From an uncultured Verrucomicrobiae bacterium (GTDB lineage: Bacteria; Verrucomicrobiota; Verrucomicrobiia; Limisphaerales; Palsa-1400): 64,000 nucleotides of DNA. Below the pieces are notes generated by a model, which was given only the letters and a program-made list of their open reading frames with translations, was not told the DNA's origin and ran no database searches. Position 1 is the first letter of the stretch. Every line of letters starts with the position of its first letter. The DNA lies in the NCBI GenBank assembly GCA_963702845.1, contig OY969763.1, positions 4,896,001 through 4,960,000 on the forward strand, given 5' to 3'. This document shows positions 35,329 through 46,261 of this stretch, in pieces. The position numbers and the translations under genes are program-made.

Positions 35329-38157
35329 TTACCTACGGACGATTGCGAGTTCCTCCATCTTTTCCGCGCGCATGGAGATTTCAGGCGTGAGCCGAGGTAT
35401 TTTTACCTCGATCCGTGCCCCTTTGTCAGGAACCGATTTGAAATCCACAAATCCGCCAACGTAGGCGACACGCTCCATGATGCCGACGAGGCCCATGCCG
35501 GATTTTTTGCGCGGGTTCGATGCGTTGGCCGACGGCGATTTAAAGCCAATGCCGTTGTCCTCGATTTGCATGATGAGGCCGGTGGCGGTCTCGGACAAGG
35601 TAAGCGTGACGTCGGTGGCTTCAGAATGTTTTTCAACGTTGTTGAGCGCTTCCTGCATGATGCGGTAAATGGTCAGTTCGAGGTTCGGTGACAACTGCAC
35701 CGTGCGCGGCAAACTCAGTTCAACATTCACGCCAGTGCGATGCATGAATTCGCTGCAAAGACTGCGGACAGCCGGGATCAGTCCCAGGTCATCCAGCTCG
35801 CTGGGACGCAAGTTGCGGGAGATGCGCCAGACTTCGTGCATCGCTCGATCGAGAAGCCCCTTGGCTTTCGTAAGCGCTTCGGCAGTGACGGCATTGGGCA
35901 CGAGATCTTTTTCTTCGACGGAGTCGAGGCGGAATTTGGTCGACGACAAAATCTGGTTCACGGAATCGTGCAACTCGCGGGCGACGCGCATGCGTTCGCT
36001 TTCCTGCGCTTGCAGAATTTGGCCGGGAACTTCGCGCATCGCTTTTTCGGCGCGTTTGCGTTCGGTGATGTCGCGGAGATAGCCGGTGAAGATTGGGCCA
36101 CCTTCGATTTGAATGGGGGTGAGCGCCATTTCGGCGGGGAACTCAGTTCCGTCCTTGCGCATGGCCATGATTTCGATGCGGCGACCCATGAGGAAATCGC
36201 TGCCGCTTTCGACGTATTGCGAAATGGAGTCGCGATGGCGTTGGCGCGCTTCGGACGGGATAATCAAGGCCGCTAAGTCGCGGCCGATGGCTTCTTCGCG
36301 TGAGTAACCGAAAGTCTTTTGCGCAGCGGAGTTGAATTCCATGACGCGACCGTCACGATCCATGGTGATGATGCAGTCGAGCGCTGATTCCATGATCGCG
36401 CCTTTGAGGGCGTCGCTGGCGCGCAAGGCGGTTTCGGCACGGATTCGTTCGAGCGCGACACCGCAATAGTCCGCCAGCGTTTGCAACATCGAGAGATCTT
36501 CGTCGTCGAAGGCGTTGGGCTGATAGCTTTGGACGGAGAGCAAGCCGACGACCTGGGTGGCGTTACGAATCGGGACGTACATGATGGACGCCGAAGGTTT
36601 CGCTTTGTTGCCGAAGGGTTCGGAGTCGGTGGAAAACTGGATCGGCTCCTTTTTCAAGATAAGTTCACCGCCTTTTTGAATGATGCGGCGGTCGCGCTCC
36701 GTGAATTGCGTGTACATTTCCTGGGACGGAATGATGTAGCGCACACCGTCGACGGTATCGACATTGTAGACCGGCTGAATGCGTTCGTCGGGAGTGAAGA
36801 GGTTGAGAGTGAAGGCGTCCCAGCCGAACAATCCTTCGGAAACTTCACCAAGGATTCGCGCAGCATCTAACGGTGAAAGCGCGCCGTTCAATCGCTCGCC
36901 CAACGTCGACAACGCCGCGTTACGGAGTTCGCCCTGACGGCGTTTGGTGGTGTCACGAAACGTATTCAGCAAGAGCGGCATGTGGCCTTCCTGCTCGAGG
37001 AAGGAGTTGGACATTTCGACGTGAATCTTGCGGCCTTGCGCGAGGATGAGTCGCTTCTCCAAGTGGGGTTCGATGGTGCGTTGGCGGAAGTATTCTTTAA
37101 TTTTGCCAAGAATTTCTTCGCGACGGCTCTCGGGCGAAAAGATCGACAAGGGTTGACCTTCCAATTGTTCGCGCGAGCGTTCCATCAAATTGCAATAGGC
37201 ATGGTTGACGGCAAGGATGGTGCCCTGCTCATTGACGAGACGCATGCCGTCCAGGGAGTTTTCCCAGACGAAGCGGAGTTGCAGTTCAGATTGTTGACGT
37301 TCGGAGAGAATGGCGGCAGCAACCAGCGCGGTTAGGTTGATCGTGGCCAAAAACGGTAAGAGCAGGACCAAAGCAGTCCGTGGATCATCGGCACCGAACG
37401 GACCGTGGCCGCGAATGGTTCCCCAGAGCGCAATGACAGTTACGACTGCACTGGCAAGAGTTGCGCCGCGTTGGCAATAGCGCAACGCTGCCCAGAGGAC
37501 GATGGGGATGATGACATATCCGAGGGGATAGTTGGGCGTGGGAGCGGGGAGCCAACCCTGGAAAACAGCTTCGCTGCTGCCGATGGTCAGCAAGGCCAGG
37601 CAAATCAATTCGGCGGTTAGCTTTAATTCGACTCTCCATTGCAACCGCGAGACCCACACCACCAGCAACGGCGTGATGAGCAAATAACTGGCACACGACG
37701 ATAACCATGCGAGCGACCAACCGGTTGGCACGTGACCGAGCGTCCACGTTGAAGTCGCGACTAGAGTGATTGCTATGATCGAGGCGCTGACAATGGAACT
37801 CGTGCCGATGATCAGGACGAACTTGAAGATGTCCTGCGCTTTGTTAAAGACTTCGACCCCTTTCGCAACTTGCTTCGTCAGCTTCGCGGCAATTAAGGCT
37901 TCGACGGTTTGTCCCAGAGCAATGCCGATGGCCGAAGCGATGCCGAATCGGCCAATCGTTACGTTTACAAGCAGTGAGCCGATGAGGATGCCGGGCCAAA
38001 CTTCGTTTCCCAAAAAAAGAAAGGCAGTCAGTGCGATTCCCGCGGAAGGCCAGAAGAGACTAATATGTCCCGGAGTGCCGCCGACGGTCCACCCGAGCGC
38101 CCCGCCCGCGTAATACAACACCGCCACCGCCAAAATGCTGAGCAGCCGTTTTTTCAT
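35329..38157 (-). CDS. Sensor histidine kinase MASE1-PAS-GAF-PAS-HisKA_3-HATPase
   Basis: FWPSAGIAL (MASE1), QESERMRVARELHDSVNQ, QEALNNVEKHS, IEDNGIGF and GMGL; start MKKRLL at 38157. Confidence 0.93.
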   Translation of the reverse strand: MKKRLLSILAVAVLYYAGGALGWTVGGTPGHISLFWPSAGIALTAFLFLGNEVWPGILIGSLLVNVTIGRFGIASAIGIALGQTVEALIAAKLTKQVAKGVEVFNKAQDIFKFVLIIGTSSIVSASIIAITLVATSTWTLGHVPTGWSLAWLSSCASYLLITPLLVVWVSRLQWRVELKLTAELICLALLTIGSSEAVFQGWLPAPTPNYPLGYVIIPIVLWAALRYCQRGATLASAVVTVIALWGTIRGHGPFGADDPRTALVLLLPFLATINLTALVAAAILSERQQSELQLRFVWENSLDGMRLVNEQGTILAVNHAYCNLMERSREQLEGQPLSIFSPESRREEILGKIKEYFRQRTIEPHLEKRLILAQGRKIHVEMSNSFLEQEGHMPLLLNTFRDTTKRRQGELRNAALSTLGERLNGALSPLDAARILGEVSEGLFGWDAFTLNLFTPDERIQPVYNVDTVDGVRYIIPSQEMYTQFTERDRRIIQKGGELILKKEPIQFSTDSEPFGNKAKPSASIMYVPIRNATQVVGLLSVQSYQPNAFDDEDLSMLQTLADYCGVALERIRAETALRASDALKGAIMESALDCIITMDRDGRVMEFNSAAQKTFGYSREEAIGRDLAALIIPSEARQRHRDSISQYVESGSDFLMGRRIEIMAMRKDGTEFPAEMALTPIQIEGGPIFTGYLRDITERKRAEKAMREVPGQILQAQESERMRVARELHDSVNQILSSTKFRLDSVEEKDLVPNAVTAEALTKAKGLLDRAMHEVWRISRNLRPSELDDLGLIPAVRSLCSEFMHRTGVNVELSLPRTVQLSPNLELTIYRIMQEALNNVEKHSEATDVTLTLSETATGLIMQIEDNGIGFKSPSANASNPRKKSGMGLVGIMERVAYVGGFVDFKSVPDKGARIEVKIPRLTPEISMRAEKMEELAIVRR

Positions 38158-38218
38158 GGATCGGGCGCCCAGTTTAAGAAAGCGCACCCCGGAAGTAACG
38201 CCCAAAACACAGGTAAAA

Positions 38219-41200
38219 TCAGTGCAAATGCAGCGGCAGGCTGACGTTGTTGGACATAACGTAGCCGTAACCGCCGTTGTTCCACTGCAACACCGCGCCA
38301 TGACCGGTGAGGTTCCCAGGAGCACCCGTTGGACGATAGGTAACGGTTGCGGATCCGGTCGGCGCCGATATTGAACCAGCGAGGTAATTTGTGGGACCAC
38401 CGGGCAGTTTCACGATCGCGTTGTTGTTGCTAACCGCATACGGGAACGTTAATTGAGGTATCCCAATATCGAGGGCAGCATCGGCTGGATTGAGCGAAGG
38501 TGTCACCGGCATGTATGGTGAACCAAATAATTGAGTGACGTTGGTGAAACCATTTGTGTAGGTCGCGGTCAACGTGCCAGCGGGCCGGATCCAACTCACG
38601 TTGCCGCCGGGCCCGCCGCCGGAGAAGTTCAACCAGCCTTCGATCAAGCCGCGGTTGCCGTAGAGCGGAATGTAAAGCGGCCAGTAACCTTGTTGCGAAA
38701 TAGGGACTGTCTGGGAAATCGGCGTGCCGTCGCCGAGTGTGCCGATGAAAGAGATTATGCCCAAAGGAGTGTTCGTGACAAAACCGTATCCAAAACCGCC
38801 TGGTGAATACGTCGGCGCTCCGCCTCCCGGTGAAATGGCCAGTGTGTAACGCGCGGAATCCGGGAAACGATTAGCGCTGCTATACGGAGCAATGTCAGCC
38901 ATCAACACCGACGTCCATTCATCCGGCGCAGGCGAGGCGATGGTGCCAGTCATTTGCTTCGCAACAAAATCCAAATGAAGCGCAACGGTTAGAGCCGTTT
39001 TGCCGGAGCGCAGCATGTGTTTGGTCGCATTGCCATGGACATCAAAGGCGTCTGACAGGAGGTAACTGCTACCGTCGACTTTCAAAGTGCCGGAGAAGGT
39101 TGCGTCCGCACGCACGAGTAAGTTGAAAATCGCGCCCGCGGATTTTACGCGCACGCCATTGGTTTCGTAGAACAATCCGTTGTAACTGCCGTTGGCGTTG
39201 TTAGCCACGACCGGGTTTGTCACAAAATTTGCGGTCAATTGTAAATTGTCCGACATCCTAAACACGAAAGTGGGGTCACCCGAAAGCTCCGCGCCCGAGC
39301 CATTGACCCAATTTGAAAATACATTGCCGATCGCTGGCTTCGCGGAGATGCGGTAGTTGCGGCCAATTTCTAAAGTTGCGGTATTGGTTGCGGTGCCGAA
39401 CGTGAACGGCAACAGGGCGACTGTGGAACCCGCGCCCGTCGTGCTGACATGGAGAGTTGAAGGAACGCGCAAGAATAGATTCAAGGTGTTCGTCGAACTC
39501 CAACCGGCAGCGTCCGTGACAATTGCTGTAAACGTATTTGTGCCGGCCACGAGCGAAACAGCATTCGTCCAGCGCCAGGAATTTAGCGTTCCCACCAGAT
39601 TGGGAACGATCTTCATGGCCGCGTTCGACGGGAATGTGCGCGTAATCGTCAAACCAGCGACGCGACTGTTGTCCGTCGCGGACCCGCTGATCACAATCTG
39701 AGGCACCGTGCTGGTGATCGTGCCGAAGTGCGTCGCATAACTGTTGGTGAATCGCGCGTTGAGAGTGGGATAGCTGAACGTTACGTTTGGCCGAATCAGG
39801 TCACGCGCGACACTGAGATGGCCGGCACTCGACGAAGTCAACACCGCCGATTGGCAAAGCTCGGTGCCCACATAGCATCGATAAGTGCCGGCATCGTTTA
39901 TTTGCACACTGGCGATGGTGTAGATGCTATCGGTTGCGCCGCTGATATTCGTTCCGTTCTTCGCCCATTGGAATGTCATCTGGGAATTGGCGTTGGCGTT
40001 GGCAGCGAACGTCGCAGTGCTGCCGACGGTCTTGATTTGATTAGCTGGTTGAGCGGTGATCGTTGGAGCGACTTCTACGCCGAGCAATGCCACGCGGCTG
40101 GTGATCGATCCAGAGTCGTTGGTGACGATGCAAAAATACTGGCCAATATTCTTCGAGGTAACCGGTCCGACTGTCAGTGAAGCATTTGTTTCGCCGTTGA
40201 TGGAGGTTCCGATCGCACTGCCGGAATTCGCAAAATACCATTGGTAAATCAATGACGTCCCGCAGGCCTCGGCGGTGAAAATGTTTGTCGAATTGATTGA
40301 GACGCAATTGTCCGATGGCTCAGTGAGGAACGCGGGATCGGCAACTTTAACGATTGCATTACTGCTTCTGAGCGCCATGTCACCCGTGACTTGCACCGAA
40401 TAGGTTCCGGCATCGGCACGCGCGACAGCGATCACGGAGTAAGTTGCGTTCGTTGCGTCCTGAACCGGCGTTCCATTGTGTATCCATTGATAAGTTGGCG
40501 TGGTTGATCCACCGACGGTGACGCTCAAGCTTAACGTGTCGCACGCATTGAGAGTTTGGTTCGTCGGCTGAGTGATGATGATCGACGCGTCGCTCACGGT
40601 TACTGTTGCGGCTGTCGAAGTCGCACTGCCGATGTTGTTGGAAACGACGCACGAATAATTTCCGCTGTCGGTGTGCGCGATGCCCGCGACGGTCAAGTTA
40701 GCCGTATTTGCGCCGGAAACGTTCCCGAAGTTCGCCAGGGCAACACCGTCTTTGCTCCAGGAATAGGTGAACGGAGCGGTGCCGCTCACCGCGACACTGA
40801 GCACGCCTGTAGCGCCGACGTTCAACGTCTGAGTTTTTGGCTGTGTTGTAATCGACGGAGGCAAAAGTACGGTGAGTGTCGCCATACCGCTGGTCGCGCT
40901 ACCTGCTGAATTTGTGGCGACGCACTGATACGAGCCCGCATTCACTGCAGCGACGCTCACAACTGTCAGCGACGCGGTAGTCGCGCCGGAAATATTCGCA
41001 TTGTTAGTCACCGCTGCCCCGAGTCTCGTCCATTGATAACTGAGCGGTTGCGAACCTATCGCAGTGACGTTGAACGTAACCAGCGAAGCTGCGTTTGCCG
41101 TGGCGCTCGCGGGTTGGGAAGTGAAGATCGGCGGCGTGATAACTGTCAGTGCTGCGTCCGCGCTGATTGCGCTGCCGCCGAAATTCGTGACCGTGACTCT

Positions 41201-44200
41201 GTAGCTACCGGTATCAGCACTGGCGACGTTCGTAATTGTGAGGCTGCCAGAGGTTGCGCCGGAAACCCTTCCACCGTTTGCAAGTGGGACGCCGTTTTTG
41301 CTCCAGAAGTATGCGAGAGGTGCTGTTCCCGAAGCACTGGCGTTAAACACCGCAATCGCGCCAGTGTTTAACGTTTGCGGCGAAGGTTGACTGCTGATCG
41401 CAGGCGGAACAATTGCTGTCAACGTTGCTGTCGTGCTGGTCACACTGCCGGCCGAATTGCTAACGACGCATCGATATGAACCTGCATCTCCGCTCGCGAT
41501 TCCAAAGAGATTGAGTGTCGCTGCGGTCGATCCTGCAATATTTCCGCCATCGGTCAAGGGCGAGCCGTTCTTGAGCCATTGATAACTGAGGGGCGTAGGT
41601 CCTTGTGCGGCGATTGTGAAACTCGCGGGCGAACCGACGTTCGTGGTCACGTTTGCTGGCTGGGAGATGATTGACGGCGGCGCAGTAACCACGAGGAGTG
41701 CCGACGCGCTGGTCGCAGTGCCGGCAGAGTTTGAAACCACCACAGTGTAGTTGCCACCGTCTGCCGATGAGATATTTGCCATCGTCAAATTCGGGGAGGA
41801 TGCACCAGAAACGTTGCCGCCATTAGCCAACGGGTTGCCGTTCTTGCTCCAGATATAAGCGAGCGGCGCGGTTCCTGAAACGCTGGCGTTAAATACCGCG
41901 ATCACGCCGGCGTTCAACGTTTGTGACAACGGTTGGCTGGTGATCGCTGGCGGAACAATTGCTGTCAATGTTGCCGCCGTGCTGGTCACGCTCCCGGCAG
42001 AATTGGTAACGACGCATTGATACGACGCGGCATCGGAACCTGACACCGTGCTGACGGTCAAAGATGGCGTTTTCGAGCCAGTAACGTTGCCAACATCGAC
42101 GGAGGCTGCTCCGTTCTTCAGCCATTGATAGCTGAACGGCGCGGAACCTTGAGCACTTATGTTGAACACTGCATTGGAACCGACATTGACGATGACGTTC
42201 GCAGGTTGCGAAGATAAAGTTGGAGGTGTGATGACGACCAGCACCGCCGAAGCACTCGTCGCCGTTCCGCCGACATTCGTCACAGACACGCTGTAATTGC
42301 CTGCATCCACGCCCGCAACATTTGCGATCGTGAGGTTCGCGGAAGTTGCGCCGGAAATTCGTCCGCCGTTCGCGAGTGGGATGCCGTTTTTGCTCCAGAG
42401 ATAAGTGAGAGGTGCTGTTCCCGAAGCGCTAGTGTTAAATACCGCAAACGCACCAATGTTCAACGTTTGTGACAAGGGCTGGCTGCCGATCGTCGGCGGA
42501 ACAATAACAGTCAATGTTGCCGCCGTGCTGGTCACACTGCCGGAGCCGTTGGTAACGATGCATTGATATGAACCTGCATCGCCGTTTGCGATTCCGGTCA
42601 GGTTAAGTATCGTTGCGGTCGACCCTGAAACATTTCCGCCATCGGTCAATGGCGAACCGTTCTTAAGCCATTGATAGCTCAGCGACCCTTGACCTTGTGC
42701 GACGACCGTGAGCGTTACCGAAGAACCCACATTGGACGTCACGTTCGATGGCTGCGAACTAATTGCCGGCGGAGCGATCACCAGCAAGGTCGCCGCCGAA
42801 CTTGTTACGCTACCTGCCGCATTTGTTACTACGATGCTATAACTTCCGGCGTCGGTGGCTGTCAGGTTCGTGATAGCGAGGTTGGCCGTTGTAGCTCCCG
42901 AAATTCTTCCGTTGTTCGATAATGGGCTGCCGTTCCTGAGCCAGGAATAGCTCAGCGGAGCCGTGCCGGTTGCCGTCACACTAAATACCGCAAGGCCACC
43001 ACCGTTGAGTGTCAGGTTCGTTGGCTGACTGCTGAGTCCCGGGGGAACGAGGACTGTCAATGTCGCAACGGAACTCGTCGTCTTGTCTACTGCGGTGGCC
43101 GCGACGCATTGATATGAGCCTCCATCTCCACTCGCGAGATTGATGAGGCTGAGCGTGGACGAAGTCGCACCCGAAACATTTCCGCCGTTTGATAATTGAA
43201 TGCCGTTCTTGAGCCAAGAATAAGCCAGGGGATAACCGTTTCCTTGCGCGATAATCGTGAACCTCGCTGAAGCGCCCATGTTCGTCGTCACGTTTGCCGG
43301 CTGCGATGTGATCGAGGGAGGTAGTTGCACGAAAAGCACCGCGGACACGCTCGTCGCACTACCAATGGAGTTGGCCACTACGACGGTGTAGCTACCACCG
43401 TCTGTCGACGATACGCCGCTAACGGTCAAACCGCCTGTCGCAGACCCGGAAATATTTCCGCCATCCGCGAGCGGACTGCCATTCTTTTTCCAAGCATACG
43501 TGAAGGGAGCTGTGCCAGATGCGTTGACAGAGAAGAAGGCCGGGGAGCCGCTATTGATAGTTTGGCTGGAAGGTTGACCCAGGATTGCGGGAGGATCTAC
43601 CACCGTGAGAGTTGCCGCAAAGCTCGTTGCGCTGCCGGATGAATTTGTGACAACGCATTGATAAGTTGCCGCATCAGACGCCTGCACACTGATAACCGTC
43701 ATCGACGCCGTGGTTGAACCGACAACGTTTCCGCTGTCTGCGAACGGCGCACCGTTTTTGAGCCATTGATAGTTCAACGGCGGCCCACCGTTGGCAGTCA
43801 CACTGAATAACGCGTTCGTACTCGTGCTGCGCGTTAGGCTCGTAGGTTGAGTGAGAATCACTGGCGCATCAAGCAAGTTGGTTGAAGTGACATTTGAAAG
43901 ATCGCTTTCGACAAGGCTGGAGTTATACGAGGTCGCGGCAAAATAGTAAGTGCCCGAGCCCAAATTGGGAATGCTTGCGGAAAGATTCGCGCCGACGTCA
44001 ACCGAACTGCTTGTCGCCAACGTTGCCTGAGACGTGCCGTAGTAAACTTTGTAGCCAGTAACGGAGCTGTCAGCAGAAGCGTCCCACGCTAGGTTGACTG
44101 TGTGCGCCCCGAAGGCTTGAAAAACGCCGCTCAAGATTGTGACAAACGTCAGAATCCAAATAACCGGTGAACTTTTCAGGCCTGCTAGCGTTTGCGTGTG

Positions 44201-44218
44201 TATTTTACTAGCTGCCAT
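38219..44218 (-). CDS. Giant secreted surface protein: FN3 + 15 Ig-like domains + C-terminal beta domains
   Basis: LAWDAS...VTGYKVYYG (FN3); 15 repeats of P.I..QP...YxW.KNG...L.......D.G.Y; start MAASK at 44218, supported by the sigma54 site. Confidence 0.9.
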   Translation of the reverse strand: MAASKIHTQTLAGLKSSPVIWILTFVTILSGVFQAFGAHTVNLAWDASADSSVTGYKVYYGTSQATLATSSSVDVGANLSASIPNLGSGTYYFAATSYNSSLVESDLSNVTSTNLLDAPVILTQPTSLTRSTSTNALFSVTANGGPPLNYQWLKNGAPFADSGNVVGSTTASMTVISVQASDAATYQCVVTNSSGSATSFAATLTVVDPPAILGQPSSQTINSGSPAFFSVNASGTAPFTYAWKKNGSPLADGGNISGSATGGLTVSGVSSTDGGSYTVVVANSIGSATSVSAVLFVQLPPSITSQPANVTTNMGASARFTIIAQGNGYPLAYSWLKNGIQLSNGGNVSGATSSTLSLINLASGDGGSYQCVAATAVDKTTSSVATLTVLVPPGLSSQPTNLTLNGGGLAVFSVTATGTAPLSYSWLRNGSPLSNNGRISGATTANLAITNLTATDAGSYSIVVTNAAGSVTSSAATLLVIAPPAISSQPSNVTSNVGSSVTLTVVAQGQGSLSYQWLKNGSPLTDGGNVSGSTATILNLTGIANGDAGSYQCIVTNGSGSVTSTAATLTVIVPPTIGSQPLSQTLNIGAFAVFNTSASGTAPLTYLWSKNGIPLANGGRISGATSANLTIANVAGVDAGNYSVSVTNVGGTATSASAVLVVITPPTLSSQPANVIVNVGSNAVFNISAQGSAPFSYQWLKNGAASVDVGNVTGSKTPSLTVSTVSGSDAASYQCVVTNSAGSVTSTAATLTAIVPPAITSQPLSQTLNAGVIAVFNASVSGTAPLAYIWSKNGNPLANGGNVSGASSPNLTMANISSADGGNYTVVVSNSAGTATSASALLVVTAPPSIISQPANVTTNVGSPASFTIAAQGPTPLSYQWLKNGSPLTDGGNIAGSTAATLNLFGIASGDAGSYRCVVSNSAGSVTSTTATLTAIVPPAISSQPSPQTLNTGAIAVFNASASGTAPLAYFWSKNGVPLANGGRVSGATSGSLTITNVASADTGSYRVTVTNFGGSAISADAALTVITPPIFTSQPASATANAASLVTFNVTAIGSQPLSYQWTRLGAAVTNNANISGATTASLTVVSVAAVNAGSYQCVATNSAGSATSGMATLTVLLPPSITTQPKTQTLNVGATGVLSVAVSGTAPFTYSWSKDGVALANFGNVSGANTANLTVAGIAHTDSGNYSCVVSNNIGSATSTAATVTVSDASIIITQPTNQTLNACDTLSLSVTVGGSTTPTYQWIHNGTPVQDATNATYSVIAVARADAGTYSVQVTGDMALRSSNAIVKVADPAFLTEPSDNCVSINSTNIFTAEACGTSLIYQWYFANSGSAIGTSINGETNASLTVGPVTSKNIGQYFCIVTNDSGSITSRVALLGVEVAPTITAQPANQIKTVGSTATFAANANANSQMTFQWAKNGTNISGATDSIYTIASVQINDAGTYRCYVGTELCQSAVLTSSSAGHLSVARDLIRPNVTFSYPTLNARFTNSYATHFGTITSTVPQIVISGSATDNSRVAGLTITRTFPSNAAMKIVPNLVGTLNSWRWTNAVSLVAGTNTFTAIVTDAAGWSSTNTLNLFLRVPSTLHVSTTGAGSTVALLPFTFGTATNTATLEIGRNYRISAKPAIGNVFSNWVNGSGAELSGDPTFVFRMSDNLQLTANFVTNPVVANNANGSYNGLFYETNGVRVKSAGAIFNLLVRADATFSGTLKVDGSSYLLSDAFDVHGNATKHMLRSGKTALTVALHLDFVAKQMTGTIASPAPDEWTSVLMADIAPYSSANRFPDSARYTLAISPGGGAPTYSPGGFGYGFVTNTPLGIISFIGTLGDGTPISQTVPISQQGYWPLYIPLYGNRGLIEGWLNFSGGGPGGNVSWIRPAGTLTATYTNGFTNVTQLFGSPYMPVTPSLNPADAALDIGIPQLTFPYAVSNNNAIVKLPGGPTNYLAGSISAPTGSATVTYRPTGAPGNLTGHGAVLQWNNGGYGYVMSNNVSLPLHLH

Positions 44219-44291
44219 AACCCTACAAGCGGTTGTGTGCTCAACTTTCTCGTGTCTATATGTGCGCGTCTCATTACTCGACCGGTAATAG

Positions 44292-44307
44292 AGCAACTGG
44301 CTTGCCA
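44292..44307 (-). promoter_or_regulatory. sigma54 (-24/-12) promoter
   Basis: Minus strand TGGCAAGCCAGTTGCT, near-consensus TGGCA-N6-TTGCW. Confidence 0.75.
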
Positions 44308-44414
44308 GTCTAAGGTGGAGACTTATATCCGAGGGATTGAGCGGCCGATTTTCGGTCACTATTTCTGTCGATAAACAGAGACGAACCCATTAGCTTGAGC
44401 CCCGAAAAAAAGGA

Positions 44415-46250
44415 ATGAGTTTTCTGGCACCCATCGCGTTCTGGTTCGCTGCGACTATTCCTGTCGTAATTGTCTTTTATCTGCTGAAGCGCAAACGGGT
44501 GGTGAAGTTGGTTTCGAGCACGTTGCTGTGGCAGAAATTTTTGGCCGACATGCAGGCCAATGCGCCCTTCCAAAAACTTCGGCATAATTGGCTCTTAATT
44601 CTGCAACTATTGGTTCTCGCGCTTGCGATTCTGGCGATTGCCCGACCTTTTTTTGCGGGACGCTCCACCACCAGCAGTTTGCGGGTGATTATCCTCGACG
44701 CTTCCGCTTCGATGCAGAGCAAGGACGAAGAGCCGTCCAGATTTGAAAAAGCAAAGTCGGAAGCGCTGAAGCTGATCGACAGTTTGCACGAAGGCGAGGA
44801 GATGATCGTCTTGCAGGCTGATGCGAATACGCAGGTTAAGCAATCGGCGACAGTAAATAAAACGGCCCTGGCGCGCGCAATCGAATTGTGTCGTGTGACC
44901 GATTCGCCTACTCATCTGACGGAAGCGCTGAAACTTGCTGATACTTTGACGAAGCAAAAGAAGGATCCGGAAATTCATTTGTTCAGCGACGGGGCTGCCG
45001 GTGATTTGAGCGAATTTGAAAACAAAGGGCTGCACGTTGTTTATCACCGCATCGGGCAACGCGCGAACAACGTCGGGATTACGACGCTCGACATTCGTGA
45101 GAATCCGGAAAACCGCGAGCAACGGGCTGTCTATACGAGCGTCGCTAATTTTTCCGACGAGCCGAAGCAAACGGATCTTGAACTGCTTTTCGACAATCAG
45201 GTTGTTCAGGCCGTGCCGCTCTCGTTGCAACCGGGCGAGACTGTTCCGCATGTGTTCACCGTCACACAATCGCGCGATGGCGTGTTCACGGTGCGCATTA
45301 ATGCCAACGATGATCTTCCCGCGGATAATCAGGCGTCGATTGTCAGCCTGATGCCGGTGCCGATCAAAGTGCTGCTCGTGACGAAAGGGAATCGTCACAT
45401 TGAGAAAGCTCTCCGTGCGGCCGGCGAGGTGGACCTGACGATTGCCCCAAACTGCACAGACACTGCGGCGAACTTTGACATTGTTGTTCTGGACGATGTC
45501 ACGCCGGTCGTTTGGCCTAAACCAAATTTGATCGCCATTCACGTTGGTAACACGAATTGGTTTTATGAAGGTTGGTCGCAGGTTGAAGGTCCGGTCATTG
45601 TTGATTGGAAGAATACGCACCCGCTCCTGCGTTACATCAATTTCGATAACGTCCAGATCGCCGAGACGATGGCGGTGAAAACTCCGAGCTGGGCGGTGTC
45701 GTTGGTAGATGCTCAGCAAACGCCGCTCATTTTGGCCGGCGAACTTCAGCATCAAAAAATTGTGTGGGTTGGATTCGATACGTTGCAAAGTCTTTGGCCG
45801 TTGCGATTCTCGTTCCCAATGTTTTTCCAAAATACGGTGGAGTGGCTGAATCCCGCGTCGACAAAATCCAGTCAGCTCATGGTGCACGCGGGCGAGCCGT
45901 TTCGTTTCGGCATGAGCCAGTCGGCGGAAAAAACTGAAATCACTTTGCCCGACGGCAGCAAACGCGACCTGAACACCGCGAACTCGCGTGAACTTTTATT
46001 CGGCGAAACGACGCGCCAAGGCATCTACCATCTGCGTGCCGGAACAAATGACGCGACGTTTTGCGTGAACGTTTTGGATGCATCTGAAAGTAACACGCAA
46101 CCGCGGGAGCAGTTGGAGTTTGGGAAGTTTTCAAAGGTGAGCGCGACGGAGATGAAGCGCGCAAATGTGGAATTTTGGCGCTGGCTCGTTGCGGCGGGAT
46201 TGGCAGTGTTGTTGTTTGAATGGTGGTTCTACCACAGACGATCGGCGTAA
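44415..46250 (+). CDS. BatA + von Willebrand factor A domain membrane protein
   Basis: N-terminal double-TM BatA (F.AP...IP.VI.FYLLK..SSTLLW); MIDAS ILDASASM; FSDG; C-terminal TM ending EWW. Confidence 0.88.
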   Translation: MSFLAPIAFWFAATIPVVIVFYLLKRKRVVKLVSSTLLWQKFLADMQANAPFQKLRHNWLLILQLLVLALAILAIARPFFAGRSTTSSLRVIILDASASMQSKDEEPSRFEKAKSEALKLIDSLHEGEEMIVLQADANTQVKQSATVNKTALARAIELCRVTDSPTHLTEALKLADTLTKQKKDPEIHLFSDGAAGDLSEFENKGLHVVYHRIGQRANNVGITTLDIRENPENREQRAVYTSVANFSDEPKQTDLELLFDNQVVQAVPLSLQPGETVPHVFTVTQSRDGVFTVRINANDDLPADNQASIVSLMPVPIKVLLVTKGNRHIEKALRAAGEVDLTIAPNCTDTAANFDIVVLDDVTPVVWPKPNLIAIHVGNTNWFYEGWSQVEGPVIVDWKNTHPLLRYINFDNVQIAETMAVKTPSWAVSLVDAQQTPLILAGELQHQKIVWVGFDTLQSLWPLRFSFPMFFQNTVEWLNPASTKSSQLMVHAGEPFRFGMSQSAEKTEITLPDGSKRDLNTANSRELLFGETTRQGIYHLRAGTNDATFCVNVLDASESNTQPREQLEFGKFSKVSATEMKRANVEFWRWLVAAGLAVLLFEWWFYHRRSA

Positions 46251-46261
46251 GAGCGGGCACC

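Noticed and set aside
38158..38400. N-terminal extension of the MASE1 kinase, and 44219-44359 extension of the Ig protein
   Set aside because: The first overlaps the upstream gene; the second would contain the sigma54 promoter. Downstream ATGs give proper N-termini.
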